A DNA stretch of 64,000 nt from a virus. Location of the stretch: UHGV virus genome UHGV-2113617; one strand, written 5' to 3'. The first letter of the stretch is position 1; each line of letters opens with the position of its first letter. Shown here piece by piece: positions 13,196 through 23,880 of the stretch. The translations under genes and the position numbers were made by a program. The notes under the pieces were generated by a model that saw nothing but the letters and a program-made list of their open reading frames with translations, was not told the origin of the DNA and ran no database searches.

Positions 13196-13459
13196 TTATT
13201 TTTGAATTTTATCGAGCCACTTACCAAGCTTAATCATTTCTTTAGTAGCCTTTTCCATACTTCTGAACTTAACCAATAGAGGATAGGTATCGACACCCAT
13301 AACTAAACTGGTTACAAGACTGTGTTCACCCACAAGCCATAACGAATACGTTTGAATATCGAGTCCGTAATTTCTGTCTTTATGGACCCGTACACCCATC
13401 ACTTCAAATTTCTCACTAGCTTTTTCTACCGCATCCAGGAAATCATCTTTAGTCATATT
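13196..13459 (-). CDS. hypothetical protein
   Basis: Track ORF 13196..13498; internal ATG at 13459 makes ATGA overlap with upstream stop. Confidence 0.4.
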   Translation of the reverse strand, partial: NMTKDDFLDAVEKASEKFEVMGVRVHKDRNYGLDIQTYSLWLVGEHSLVTSLVMGVDTYPLLVKFRSMEKATKEMIKLGKWLDKIQK

Positions 13460-13859
13460 AGGCCTTAAAAGTTTTTCGCAAAAGTTCAATGATTTCATCT
13501 ACATTGTTTTCGTCTACAATGCAGTGAATTTTTGTTACGCCAGAAACCTTGTCTTCGACTTCATCTTCTTCAGAAGTCGGTTCTTTATACTCGCGGAAAC
13601 AATAAAACTCTTCTTCACTAAGTTCAAAATAATCATCACCTATGCCATCATCATTATAGATTTCGCCATTAGCACAAATGATTTCGGTTACATAATCAAA
13701 GCCATCTAAACTTGATATTGATTTAACTTCAAACCAACCGCCATTTTCTTGAATGATGCTGACCATATTAGCATTTGATGAACTAATATCAATGAAAGAT
13801 TTAATACGGTGTGGATTTAACTCATATTTTTTGCCGATTTCCATTTTGATTTTCCTCAT
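13458..13859 (-). CDS. hypothetical acidic protein
   Basis: 133 aa ORF. Confidence 0.45.
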   Translation of the reverse strand: MRKIKMEIGKKYELNPHRIKSFIDISSSNANMVSIIQENGGWFEVKSISSLDGFDYVTEIICANGEIYNDDGIGDDYFELSEEEFYCFREYKEPTSEEDEVEDKVSGVTKIHCIVDENNVDEIIELLRKTFKA

Positions 13860-13889
13860 TTTAACGGGACTGTAATAGCCCCTTGATAA

Positions 13890-14138
13890 TTATTGTTCAA
13901 TCAGTCCCATATAAAATTCTGCGTCTTCAGCATCCATGCCATCGCAATATTCATTAGCCATAAAGCGGGTGAGGTCTTCAAGAGGACCTTCAATAACGAT
14001 TTGAATACTCCAAAACTTAGAATCTTGTACGCTTGTGATACTAAGTTCAGGATAACGATTACGAATAATTTCTTCAATATATTCAAAATCAACGATGTCA
14101 ATATCAACTTTAGCCATATTATTTTCCTCTTTAATCAT
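13890..14138 (-). CDS. hypothetical acidic protein
   Basis: 82 aa ORF immediately downstream of a promoter-like element. Confidence 0.45.
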   Translation of the reverse strand: MIKEENNMAKVDIDIVDFEYIEEIIRNRYPELSITSVQDSKFWSIQIVIEGPLEDLTRFMANEYCDGMDAEDAEFYMGLIEQ

Positions 14139-14144
14139 CAGCAG

Positions 14145-14200
14145 TATTGCCGATAGTTGTATAGTACCATAGAAGAACAGAGATGTAAACAGTTTTGTGA
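14145..14200 (-). promoter_or_regulatory. T4-type early promoter-like element
   Basis: On minus strand: A/T-rich tract, GTTTAC, ~18 nt spacer, GGTACTATAC; same composite motif recurs at several intergenic sites. Confidence 0.4.
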
Positions 14201-14206
14201 AAAATT

Positions 14207-14240
14207 TTTGAAATAAAAAAGGGGACCTCTAGGGTCCCCA
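14207..14240 (-). terminator. rho-independent terminator downstream of gene 32
   Basis: Hairpin GGGGACC..GGTCCCC followed on minus strand by TTTTTTATTT. Confidence 0.7.
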
Positions 14241-14261
14241 ATTAATTAGTAATATAATCTA

Positions 14262-15170
14262 TTAAAGGTCATTCAAAAGGTCATCCAGGTCCGTGTCATC
14301 AGCACTAGATGAACTGCCAGAGCTTGAGCTCATAAAATCATCTTCAGTTTTTGTTTTGAAGTCATCAACATTAAATGCATCCAAATCATCAGCAACTTTA
14401 TCAGCTTTCTTAGCGGCAGTTGCTGCGGCACCACCCATAGCAGCAGTTCCCATAACTTGACTGAACTTAGTGCTCAGTTCTTCAAACGATTTGAATTTAT
14501 CTTTAGAAGTCATTTCAGAAAGGTCAACCATTTGTTCGAACAGTTCTTTCTGGAAAGATTCATCATCAATGTTTGGAATCGCAGATTGATTCAGGAATTT
14601 AGATTCGTCGTAGTTACTAAAACCAGAAACTTGTTTAACTTTCAGTACAAAGTTAGCACCTTCCCACGGACAAGTTACATCAACCGGAGTTTCACCCATT
14701 TCAACATCAACTGCAATCATTGCGTTGATTTTATCCCAGATTTTCTTACCGAAACGGTATTTAAATACTTTACCTTCATTTTCTGGAGCAGCTGGGTCTT
14801 TTACTACAAGAATGTTAGCCCAGTAAGAAGTTTTACGTTTAACAAGACCGTACTCTTTATTGTCAGTGTTGTACAAATCATTTTTATTGATGTACTGACA
14901 TACTGGACAAGAATCGTAATCACCGTAGGTAGATGAGCATGTTTCGATATACCATTTACCATTTTTCTTGAAACCGTGATTTACAAGAAGTGCAAATGGT
15001 GCTTGTTCATCATTTTTAGACGGAAGAAAACGAATTACTGCTTGACCGTTACCCGCATTGTCGAGTTTCAGTTTCCACTCGCCTTTATCTTCAGAAGAAA
15101 AACCACCTTTATTTCCAGCCAGTTTAGCCATTTGCGCAGCGAGTTCAGCAGTAGATTTACGTTTAAACAT
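14262..15170 (-). CDS. 32: single-stranded DNA-binding protein gp32
   Basis: 302 aa; matches recalled T4 gp32 incl. acidic C-terminal tail. Confidence 0.95.
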   Translation of the reverse strand: MFKRKSTAELAAQMAKLAGNKGGFSSEDKGEWKLKLDNAGNGQAVIRFLPSKNDEQAPFALLVNHGFKKNGKWYIETCSSTYGDYDSCPVCQYINKNDLYNTDNKEYGLVKRKTSYWANILVVKDPAAPENEGKVFKYRFGKKIWDKINAMIAVDVEMGETPVDVTCPWEGANFVLKVKQVSGFSNYDESKFLNQSAIPNIDDESFQKELFEQMVDLSEMTSKDKFKSFEELSTKFSQVMGTAAMGGAAATAAKKADKVADDLDAFNVDDFKTKTEDDFMSSSSGSSSSADDTDLDDLLNDL

Positions 15171-15245
15171 TTTTATTTCCTTTTTAATTTAATTTAATTT
15201 AATAACAGTTGGTGCTATGACACTTTACCTCATAGCTGGCATAAT
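15171..15245 (-). promoter_or_regulatory. gene 32 translational operator (pseudoknot plus A/U-rich tract)
   Basis: Minus strand reads ..ATGAGGTAAAGTGTCATAGCACCAACTGTT then ATTAAATTAAATTAAATTAAAAAGGAAATAAAA ATG, as recalled for T4 gene 32. Confidence 0.7.
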
Positions 15246-15859
15246 TCGCAATACTCTGGGTCTTCGAGAGGTATCCAACCTGAATTGAAATACTTTACCA
15301 TCGATTTAGCAGTTGTATCAGTTATATTTATATTACCTTTAACTCTTCGCCATCCAGGAGTTTTACCGTACAGATTAGAGGATAATAACACATAATTCTC
15401 GTAAGCAATATGAGATAATTTCCAAGACTCTATATTAGCTCGTGATGTTTTCCAAGGTCTAAAATCGTCACGGTTCATATAATTAGCCAATCTCATATGC
15501 TCTCTAACTTCCGGGTCTTTGGCTGGATGAGTTTCACCACTCACACCAAATCCGCCACCGGCATATACCAGATTAAAATAGTCTGGATTATCTCTGGCAT
15601 TTACTTCAAGTTGGTATTTTCGCTCTGCTTCAATAACATCCAAATCATCATCAATTTGAATTATTTTAACGCTCGGTTTTTGAAGCATTACCGCATTTAA
15701 AAATCTTTTTTGTTTACACGAACTCCAGTATTCCTTTCCGGAAGAGTCATATATTATTCCATTCTCAAATGAGCAATTTAATTTACTGCCGATATAGTAG
15801 TACGGCGGAGTCTTATTTTTGATACGGTCTTCAAATGTAAACCAATATACTATATTCAT
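15230..15859 (-). CDS. putative GIY-YIG-type homing endonuclease (SegG-like)
   Basis: 209 aa between 32 and 59, where T4 carries segG; N-terminal IVYWF..YYYIGSK resembles a degenerate GIY-YIG motif. Confidence 0.45.
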   Translation of the reverse strand: MNIVYWFTFEDRIKNKTPPYYYIGSKLNCSFENGIIYDSSGKEYWSSCKQKRFLNAVMLQKPSVKIIQIDDDLDVIEAERKYQLEVNARDNPDYFNLVYAGGGFGVSGETHPAKDPEVREHMRLANYMNRDDFRPWKTSRANIESWKLSHIAYENYVLLSSNLYGKTPGWRRVKGNINITDTTAKSMVKYFNSGWIPLEDPEYCELCQL

Positions 15860-15860
15860 A

Positions 15861-16514
15861 TTAATACTTACAGGATTTCACAGTTTCAATGAAAACACTT
15901 TTAGCTTTCTGTGAATCAATATTTAAAATTTTTCTATAAGCCTTTAACTTTATAGAATAATTATTCCAGACTAAATTATCAGTCTGTTCATCATGTTTAT
16001 CGATTATATTTAAAAACGAATCAAGCAAGATAAACGTCTCAAACGAAATTATATTCGATTGAAGTAGTTTAAAAATATAACTTGATTGAACTTTTGGATT
16101 ATACTCAAAGATTTCTTTAAAAGCAGAAACTTCAACTTTTTTACTAAAATAATAAATGTTGCGAATATCTTCTTCAAACTTAAATTTAATTTGCTTTAAG
16201 CGTCCGATATATTCACGATAAAACACAAGTGCATCAGCGTCAGAGATGTCACCAATCCAAGCATCTTGGTTAGCAACAAGATTGCTTATAAAGATTAAAG
16301 CAAGTTCCTTTAATTTATATTTTTCTGATAACTTCTGGAAAAAATACTTATCCCTTCGCTTTTGATAAGCGGCATCAGACACCCGCATGCACCAATTATA
16401 CTTAATTACATCATACTTTCCATTCATGTGTTGTTTTATCATTAAGTATAATTTATAAACTGATTTACCATCAATATATCTTTCACCACCAGCAGGCATG
16501 CGGAGTTTAATCAT
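15861..16514 (-). CDS. 59: helicase loader gp59
   Basis: 217 aa; matches recalled T4 gp59. Confidence 0.95.
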   Translation of the reverse strand: MIKLRMPAGGERYIDGKSVYKLYLMIKQHMNGKYDVIKYNWCMRVSDAAYQKRRDKYFFQKLSEKYKLKELALIFISNLVANQDAWIGDISDADALVFYREYIGRLKQIKFKFEEDIRNIYYFSKKVEVSAFKEIFEYNPKVQSSYIFKLLQSNIISFETFILLDSFLNIIDKHDEQTDNLVWNNYSIKLKAYRKILNIDSQKAKSVFIETVKSCKY

Positions 16515-16849
16515 AGTAGAAAATCTAATGTATTAGTTTTTTCACAACGAACAACAGAAGGACGTAAAAGATTTTCGTCAATGGCTTCTGACTGAATTTT
16601 TTCAATTATACCCGAAGGAATAAATTTAGCAAATTGAGTTTCAGGAATAGAATTTTCTTCTAAAAATGCTGTTGTAGCTTCAAGATAACTCATTCCAAAC
16701 TCTTCTACCATTTTTTCAATAATAAATCCATTTTCTTGACGATCAAGAAGCTTTGCTATTTCATCCTTTTCTTTCTTAATTGAAAGTTCTTTTTCTGAAA
16801 GACCGGTCTCATCGACCGGACGAATATCATTTAGAGAAAACTGTGTCAT
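16511..16849 (-). CDS. 33: late transcription co-activator gp33
   Basis: 112 aa from MTQFSLNDIRPVDE..; track ORF extends 3 codons upstream. Confidence 0.85.
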   Translation of the reverse strand: MTQFSLNDIRPVDETGLSEKELSIKKEKDEIAKLLDRQENGFIIEKMVEEFGMSYLEATTAFLEENSIPETQFAKFIPSGIIEKIQSEAIDENLLRPSVVRCEKTNTLDFLL

Positions 16850-17096
16850 AAAGTTCAACTACCTCTTCAGTTTCAGCTTCAAACACATCACGGTTATCTT
16901 TATGATACAAAGCTAAAAGACGATTAAACATCTTACCATCAACGCCAAGTTCATCTTTGGCACGAATTCGAATATCTTTAATCAGTTCATTATAACCGGA
17001 AATTTTCAGTTTATGATCAGATGCTTCTTTGATAAATTTAGCCAAGTCTTCGCCATGGATAGCTTCATCAAATTCAACCATTTCTTTTTTAGCCAT
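16827..17096 (-). CDS. dsbA: double-stranded DNA-binding protein DsbA
   Basis: 89 aa; matches recalled T4 DsbA; overlaps the start of gene 33. Confidence 0.85.
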   Translation of the reverse strand: MAKKEMVEFDEAIHGEDLAKFIKEASDHKLKISGYNELIKDIRIRAKDELGVDGKMFNRLLALYHKDNRDVFEAETEEVVELYDTVFSK

Positions 17097-17104
17097 TATT
17101 CACC

Positions 17105-18022
17105 TCAAAATTCATTAATGCTATTAGTTAATTTAGAAAGACCCGCTTTTACAAAATATGAATAAATTTTGCCACGCGGCGGTAATTTATATGAATTATA
17201 GTAATTCACAATGTTTGAAGCAATATTATCAGGAATATAATCAAAATCAATTAGAACTAAATTTTCTTTGTATCGATTGTATTCAGATTCGGTGAGAAGC
17301 ACCTTAGCTTGCTCACGGTCATTAGCAATAGCTTCAACAATAGATGTTTTCATTGAAGGAGTTCGTTCACCTTCAACTCTGGTAAACCAAAAGTCAGATC
17401 GTACTTTAACTGAAGCAACGTTATCCTTTTTGTCGCCTTTAAGGATTTTAGTCATGCAATCAATTTCAGCAGAACCGCTTTTAATTTTAACCCATTTCTT
17501 ATGCATCGGTGACCATTGCTTAACATTTGGATACTTGTGAAGTTGAGTAAAGTCACCATCCGATGAAATGATTAAAATTTTATGTCCTTCTAAAGAGAAC
17601 TTTTTAACAAGCACAGCAATGTGGTCATCTGCTTCATACTTATCAATATCCATAACAATGTATGGCATATAAGCTTTCAATTCATCTATAACTTTATGAC
17701 TGGATTCAAAATAACCTTCCCAGTCCCAAGTAGATTCTTCTCGTGCTTTTCCACGGTTTTTCTTATAATAATAAGCAAAATCACGACGCCAGTATCCGGA
17801 TTTTGCGTTATCGATACACAATACAATTTTAGTGTATCCAAGAGTTTTTGCTTTTTTGACATTAAACTTAATTGAGTTCAATATCAAATGACGAACCATT
17901 GATAAGTTAATTTTTTCTTTATCTGGAAAGTTTACTAAAGCAGTTGAAAGCGCAATTTGACTAAAGTCAATTAAGCAAATTCCTTCTTTGTAATCTTCAT
18001 CCAGCATCATTTCTAAATCCAT
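17105..18022 (-). CDS. rnh: RNase H (5-prime to 3-prime exonuclease)
   Basis: 305 aa from MDLEMMLDEDYKEG..; track ORF extends 5 codons upstream. Confidence 0.9.
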   Translation of the reverse strand: MDLEMMLDEDYKEGICLIDFSQIALSTALVNFPDKEKINLSMVRHLILNSIKFNVKKAKTLGYTKIVLCIDNAKSGYWRRDFAYYYKKNRGKAREESTWDWEGYFESSHKVIDELKAYMPYIVMDIDKYEADDHIAVLVKKFSLEGHKILIISSDGDFTQLHKYPNVKQWSPMHKKWVKIKSGSAEIDCMTKILKGDKKDNVASVKVRSDFWFTRVEGERTPSMKTSIVEAIANDREQAKVLLTESEYNRYKENLVLIDFDYIPDNIASNIVNYYNSYKLPPRGKIYSYFVKAGLSKLTNSINEF

Positions 18023-18084
18023 ATGAACCTCGTTCAATTAGTGAGATTTCTATTATATACCATCCAAATCTTAAAGTAAACAAG

Positions 18085-18092
18085 TATAAATA
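18085..18092 (+). promoter_or_regulatory. late promoter TATAAATA for gene 34
   Basis: Exact TATAAATA ~35 nt upstream of the gene 34 ATG; AGGAG SD at 18112. Confidence 0.6.
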
Positions 18093-18126
18093 CTTATTAT
18101 TGAAAACACAATAGGAGCCCGGGAGA

Positions 18127-21100
18127 ATGGCCGAGATTAAAAGAAAGTTCAGAGCAGAAGACGGTCTGGACGCAGGTGGCGATAAAATAATCAACGTAGC
18201 TTTAGCTGATCGTACCGTAGGAACTGACGGTGTTAACGTTGATTACTTAATTCAAGAAAACACAGTTCAACAATATGATCCAACTCGTGGATATTTAAAA
18301 GATTTTGTAATCATTTATAATAATCGTTTTTGGGCAGCAACGGATAATATTCCAAAACCTGCTGGAAGTTTTAATAGAATTCGTTGGAAAGCATTGCGTA
18401 CTGATGCCGTATATACAACCGTATCATCTGGACCGTATCAATTAAAATCCGGAGAAGCAATTTCAGTAGATACATCAGTTGGTAATGACATTGAGTTTAA
18501 TTTACCACCTTCTCCGCTTGATGGAGAAACCGTAATAATTCAAGATATTGGTGGAAAACCTGGTATAAATCAGGTTAAAATAAATTCTTCAAATCAGAGT
18601 ATTATTAATTTTAGAGGTGAACAGGTACGTTCAGTTCTAATGACTCATCCAAAGTCACAAATGATATTCATTTTTAATAATCGTTTGTGGCAAATGTATG
18701 TTGCTGATTATAGCAGAGAAGCTGCGATTGTTACTCCATCGACTGCATATCAAGCACAATCTAATGATTTTATCGTGCGTAGATTTACTTCCGCTGCGCC
18801 GATTAATATTAAACTTCCGAGATTTGCTAATCATGGCGATATTATTAATTTCGTTGATTTAGATAAATTAAATCCACTTTATCATACAATTGTCACGACA
18901 TATGATGAAACGACTTCAGTACAAGAAGTTGGAACTCATTCTATTGAAGGCCGTACATCGATTGACGGTTTCTTGATGTTTGATGATAATGAAAAATTGT
19001 GGAGATTGTTTGACGGGGATAGTAAAGCACGTTTACGCATTATAACAACTAATTCTAATATTCGTCCAAATGAAGAAGTTATGGTATTTGGTGCGAATAA
19101 CGGAACAACCCAAACAATTGAACTTCAGCTTCCAACCGATATTTCCATTGGTGATACTGTTAAAATTTCCATGAATTACATGAGAAAAGGACAAACAGTT
19201 AAAATCAAAGCTGCCGGTGAAGATAAAATTGCTTCTTCAGTTCAATTGCTGCAATTCCCAAAACGCTCAGAATATCCACCTGAAGCTGAATGGGTGACTG
19301 TCCAAGAATTAGTTTTCAATGGTGAAACTAATTATGTTCCGGTTTTACAACTTGCTTATATAGAAGATTCTGACGGAAAATACTGGGTTGTACAACAAAA
19401 CGTTCCAACAGTTGAAAGAGTTGATTCTTTAAATGATTCTACTAGAGCAAGATTAGGCGTAATTGCTTTAGCTACACAAGCTCAAGCAAATGCTGATTTA
19501 GAAAATTCTCCACAAAAAGAATTAGCAATTACACCAGAAACATTAGCTAATCGTACTGCCACAGAAACTCGTAGAGGTATCGCAAGAATAGCAACTACTG
19601 CTCAAGTGAATCAGAACACCACATTCTCTTTTGCTGATGATATTATCATCACTCCTAAAAAGCTGAATGAAAGAACTGCCACAGAAACTCGTAGAGGCGT
19701 TGCTGAAATTGCCACACAGCAAGAAACTAACGCAGGTACTGATGATACTACAATCATCACTCCTAAAAAGCTTCAAGCTCGTCAAGGTTCTGAATCATTA
19801 TCTGGTATTGTAACCTTTGTATCTACTGCAGGAGCTACTCCAGCTTCTAGTCGTGAATTAAATGGTACAAATGTTTATAATAAAAACACTAATAATTTAG
19901 TTGTTTCGCCTAAAGCTTTGGATCAGTATAAAGCTACTCCAACCCAACAAGGTGCAGTAATTTTAGCAGTTGAAAGTGAAGTAATTGCTGGGCAGAGTCA
20001 AGAAGGATGGGCAAATGCGGTTGTAACGCCAGAAACGTTACATAAAAAGACATCAACTGATGCAAGAATTGGTTTAATTGAAATTGCTACGCAAAGTGAA
20101 GTTAATACAGGAACTGATTATACTCGTGCAGTCACTCCTAAAACTTTAAATGACCGTAAAGCGACTGAAAGTTTAAGTGGTATAGCTGAAATTGCTACAC
20201 AAGTTGAATTCGACGCAGGCGTCGACGATACTCGTATCTCTACACCATTAAAAATTAAAACCAGATTTAATAGTACTGATCGTACTTCTGTTGTTGCTCT
20301 ATCTGGATTAGTTGAATCAGGAACTCTCTGGGACCATTATACCCTTAATATTCTTGAAGCAAATGAGACACAGCGTGGTACACTTCGTGTAGCTACACAA
20401 GTTGAAGCTGCTGCAGGAACATTAGATAATGTTCTAATAACTCCTAAAAAGCTTTTAGGTACTAAATCTACTGAAGCACAGGAAGGCGTTATTAAAGTTG
20501 CAACTCGGTCCGAAACTGTAGCTGGAACGTCAGCAAATACTGCTGTATCCCCAAAAAATTTAAAATGGATTGTGCAGAGTGAACCTACTTGGGCAGCTAC
20601 TACCCTGGTAAGAGGTTTTGTTAAAACTTCATCTGGTTCAATTACATTCGTTGGTAATGATACAGTTGGTTCTACGCAGGACTTAGAACTATATGAGAAA
20701 AATAACTATGCAGTATCACCATATGAATTAAACCGCGTATTAGCAAATTATTTGCCGTTAAAAGCAAAAGCTGTAGATAGTAATTTATTAGATGGTTTAG
20801 ATTCACTCCAGTTCATTCGTAGGGATATTGCGCAGACGGTTAATGGTTCACTAACCTTAACACAGCAAACGAATCTGAGTGCCCCTCTTGTATCATCTAG
20901 TACTGCTACGTTCGGTGGATCAGTTTCGGCAAATAGTACATTAACTATTTCTAATACTGGAACAGCAACTCGTCTGATTTTTGAGAAAGGACCTCAAACT
21001 GGGACGAACCCAGCTCAAACGATGACAGTCAGAGTGTGGGGAAATCAATTCAGCGGTGAATCGGACACAACACGTTCTACTGTATTTGAAGTTAGTGATG

Positions 21101-21996
21101 AAACGTCTAGTCACTTTTATTCTCAGCGCAATAAAACTGGTAATATAACATTTAATATAAACGGTACAGTAACGCCGATAAATGTGAATGCTTCAGGAAC
21201 ATTGAATGCGAATGGCGTTGCAACATTTGGTAGTTCAGTTACTGCTAATGGCGAACTTATCAGTAAATCATCGAATGCTTTCAGAGCAATAAATGGTAAT
21301 TATGGATTCTTTATTCGTAATGATGGTACTAACACCTATTTTATGCTTACTGCATCTGGTGATCAGACCGGTGGATTTAATGGATTACGTCCTTTAACTA
21401 TTAATAATGCATCTGGTCAAGTAACGATTGGTGAAAGCTTAATCATTGCCAAAGGTGCTACTATAAGTTCAGGTGGTTTAACTGTTAACTCGAGAATTCG
21501 TTCTCAGGGTACTAAAACTGCTGACCTATACACCCGTGCGCCAACATCTGATACTGTAGGATTCTGGTCAATCGATATTAATGATTCAGCCACTTATAAC
21601 CAGTTCCCGGGTTATTTTAAGATGGTTGAAAAAACTAATGAAGTGACTGGGCTTCCATACTTAGAACGTGGCGAAGAAGTTAAATCTCCTGGTACATTGA
21701 CTCAGTTTGGTAACACGCTTGATTCGCTTTACCAAGATTGGATTACTTATCCAACGACTCCAGAAGCACGTACCACTCGCTGGACACGTACATGGCAGAA
21801 AACTAAAAACTCTTGGTCAAGTTTTGTTCAGGTATTTGACGGAGGTAACCCTCCTCAACCTTCAGATATAGGAGCGATCCCATCTGATAATGGAATAATA
21901 GGTAATCTTACTATTCGCGATTTCTTGCGAATTGGTAATGTTCGCATTATTCCTGACCCAGTGAATAAAACTGTTAAATTTGAGTGGATTGAATAA
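18127..21996 (+). CDS. 34: long tail fiber proximal subunit gp34
   Basis: 1289 aa, same length as T4 gp34; internal periodic repeats (TPKKL, RTATETRRG). Confidence 0.95.
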   Translation: MAEIKRKFRAEDGLDAGGDKIINVALADRTVGTDGVNVDYLIQENTVQQYDPTRGYLKDFVIIYNNRFWAATDNIPKPAGSFNRIRWKALRTDAVYTTVSSGPYQLKSGEAISVDTSVGNDIEFNLPPSPLDGETVIIQDIGGKPGINQVKINSSNQSIINFRGEQVRSVLMTHPKSQMIFIFNNRLWQMYVADYSREAAIVTPSTAYQAQSNDFIVRRFTSAAPINIKLPRFANHGDIINFVDLDKLNPLYHTIVTTYDETTSVQEVGTHSIEGRTSIDGFLMFDDNEKLWRLFDGDSKARLRIITTNSNIRPNEEVMVFGANNGTTQTIELQLPTDISIGDTVKISMNYMRKGQTVKIKAAGEDKIASSVQLLQFPKRSEYPPEAEWVTVQELVFNGETNYVPVLQLAYIEDSDGKYWVVQQNVPTVERVDSLNDSTRARLGVIALATQAQANADLENSPQKELAITPETLANRTATETRRGIARIATTAQVNQNTTFSFADDIIITPKKLNERTATETRRGVAEIATQQETNAGTDDTTIITPKKLQARQGSESLSGIVTFVSTAGATPASSRELNGTNVYNKNTNNLVVSPKALDQYKATPTQQGAVILAVESEVIAGQSQEGWANAVVTPETLHKKTSTDARIGLIEIATQSEVNTGTDYTRAVTPKTLNDRKATESLSGIAEIATQVEFDAGVDDTRISTPLKIKTRFNSTDRTSVVALSGLVESGTLWDHYTLNILEANETQRGTLRVATQVEAAAGTLDNVLITPKKLLGTKSTEAQEGVIKVATRSETVAGTSANTAVSPKNLKWIVQSEPTWAATTLVRGFVKTSSGSITFVGNDTVGSTQDLELYEKNNYAVSPYELNRVLANYLPLKAKAVDSNLLDGLDSLQFIRRDIAQTVNGSLTLTQQTNLSAPLVSSSTATFGGSVSANSTLTISNTGTATRLIFEKGPQTGTNPAQTMTVRVWGNQFSGESDTTRSTVFEVSDETSSHFYSQRNKTGNITFNINGTVTPINVNASGTLNANGVATFGSSVTANGELISKSSNAFRAINGNYGFFIRNDGTNTYFMLTASGDQTGGFNGLRPLTINNASGQVTIGESLIIAKGATISSGGLTVNSRIRSQGTKTADLYTRAPTSDTVGFWSIDINDSATYNQFPGYFKMVEKTNEVTGLPYLERGEEVKSPGTLTQFGNTLDSLYQDWITYPTTPEARTTRWTRTWQKTKNSWSSFVQVFDGGNPPQPSDIGAIPSDNGIIGNLTIRDFLRIGNVRIIPDPVNKTVKFEWIE

Positions 21997-22004
21997 GAGG
22001 TATT

Positions 22005-23120
22005 ATGGAAAAATTTATGGCAGAGTTTGGACAAGGATATGTCCAAACGCCATTTTTATCGGAAAGCAATTCAGTAAGATATAAAATAAGCATAGCGGGT
22101 TCTTGCCCGCTTTCTACAGCAGGACCATATGTTAAATTTCAGGATAATCCTATCGGAAGTCAAACGTTCGACGCAGGTCTTCATTTAAGAGTTTTTGACC
22201 CTTCTACAGGAGCATTAGTTGATAGTAAGTCATATGCTTTTTCTACTTCAAATAATACTACATCAGCTGCTTTTGTTAGTTTCATGAATTCTTTGTCAAA
22301 CAATAGACTTGTTGCTATATTAACTAGTGGAAAGGTTAATTTTCCTCCTGAAGTGGTATCTTGGTTAAGGGGAGCAGGAACTTCAGTTTTTCCATCAGAT
22401 TCCGTATTGTCAAGATTTGACGTATCATATGCTGCTTTTTATACTTCTTCTAAAAGAGCTATTGCATTAGAGCATGTTAAACTAAGTAATAGAAAAAGCA
22501 CAGATGATTATCAAACTATTTTAGATGTTGTATTTGATAGTTTAGAAGACGTCGGAGCTACGGGATTTCCTAAAAGAACATATGAAAGTGTCGAGCAATT
22601 TATGTCAGCGGTTGGTGGAACTAATAACGAAATTGCGCGATTACCAACTTCAGCTGCTATAAGTAAACTATCTGATTATAATTTAATTCCTGGTGATGTT
22701 CTTTATCTTAAAGCACAGTTATATGCTGATGCTGATTTACTTGATCTTGGAACTACAAATATATCCATTCGTTTTTATGATGCATCAAATGGATATATTT
22801 CTTCAACACAGGCTGAGTTTACTGGACAAGCTGGATCTTGGGAATTAAAGGAAGATTATGTAGTTGTTCCTGAAAATGCAGTCGGATTTACTATATATGC
22901 GCAGAGAACTGCTCAAGCTGGTCAAGGCGGTATGAGGAATTTAAGTTTTTCTGAAGTGTCAAGAAATGGTGGCATTTCAAAACCTGCCGAATTTGGCGTC
23001 AACGGTATTCGTGTTAATTATGTCTGTGAATCGGCTTCACCTCCAGATATAATGGTACTTCCTACACAAGCCTCTTCTAAAACTGGCAAAGTGTTTGGGC
23101 AAGAATTTAGAGAAGTTTAA
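22005..23120 (+). CDS. 35: long tail fiber hinge connector gp35
   Basis: 371 aa; position and size as T4 gp35. Confidence 0.85.
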   Translation: MEKFMAEFGQGYVQTPFLSESNSVRYKISIAGSCPLSTAGPYVKFQDNPIGSQTFDAGLHLRVFDPSTGALVDSKSYAFSTSNNTTSAAFVSFMNSLSNNRLVAILTSGKVNFPPEVVSWLRGAGTSVFPSDSVLSRFDVSYAAFYTSSKRAIALEHVKLSNRKSTDDYQTILDVVFDSLEDVGATGFPKRTYESVEQFMSAVGGTNNEIARLPTSAAISKLSDYNLIPGDVLYLKAQLYADADLLDLGTTNISIRFYDASNGYISSTQAEFTGQAGSWELKEDYVVVPENAVGFTIYAQRTAQAGQGGMRNLSFSEVSRNGGISKPAEFGVNGIRVNYVCESASPPDIMVLPTQASSKTGKVFGQEFREV

Positions 23121-23125
23121 ACTGA

Positions 23126-23151
23126 GGGAGCCTTCGGGTTCCCTTTTTCTT
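23126..23151 (+). terminator. terminator-like CUUCGG hairpin after gene 35
   Basis: GGGAGCC-TTCG-GGTTCCC followed by TTTTTCTTT. Confidence 0.55.
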
Positions 23152-23159
23152 TATAAATA
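23152..23159 (+). promoter_or_regulatory. late promoter TATAAATA for gene 36
   Basis: Exact TATAAATA ~25 nt upstream of the gene 36 ATG. Confidence 0.55.
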
Positions 23160-23182
23160 ATATTAAAATAAAGGGGCATATA

Positions 23183-23872
23183 ATGGCTGATTTAAAAGTA
23201 GGTTCAACTGTAGGTGGATCTGTCATTTGGCATCAAGGAAATTTTCCATTGAATTCAGCCGGTGACGATGTACTCTACAAATCATTTAAAATATATTCAG
23301 AATATAATAAACCGCAGGCAGCTGATAACGATTTCGTTTCTAAAGCTAATGGTGGCACAAAGTCTGGAGGTTTCCAAAAAGAAGTAGAATTTAAAGAAGG
23401 CGTTAAGATTTCTGCAACGTTTTCTCGTGGTTCAGACCTGAATGGGTTATATTCTGGCAATGGAGATGGAGCTTCCAGAGAAAAAGCTAACATGGATTTA
23501 CATTCATGGTACGGCATTGGTATTTGGAACACATGCACAGGTGATGGGATCCAGGGACGCACAATCTGGTTTAATGCCAGGCGTGGTACAATTGAAACAG
23601 TTGGCGATATTGTTTCGGGCCGACAAGTTATTTCTAATGCTTCAGTACCGACCGGCCCAGCACACTTAACTCGCAAAGATTATGTCGATGGAGCAATAAA
23701 TACTGTTACGACAAATGCAAACTCTAGAGTGTTACGATCTGGTGACACTATGACAGGTAATTTAACTGCGCCAAACCTTTTTTCACAGAATCCTGCATCT
23801 CAACCTTCACACGTTCCACGATTTGACCAAATCGTGATTAAGGATTCTGTTCAAGATTTCGGCTATTATTAA
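23183..23872 (+). CDS. 36: long tail fiber distal connector gp36
   Basis: 229 aa; position between 35 and 37. Confidence 0.85.
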   Translation: MADLKVGSTVGGSVIWHQGNFPLNSAGDDVLYKSFKIYSEYNKPQAADNDFVSKANGGTKSGGFQKEVEFKEGVKISATFSRGSDLNGLYSGNGDGASREKANMDLHSWYGIGIWNTCTGDGIQGRTIWFNARRGTIETVGDIVSGRQVISNASVPTGPAHLTRKDYVDGAINTVTTNANSRVLRSGDTMTGNLTAPNLFSQNPASQPSHVPRFDQIVIKDSVQDFGYY

Positions 23873-23880
23873 GAGGACTT

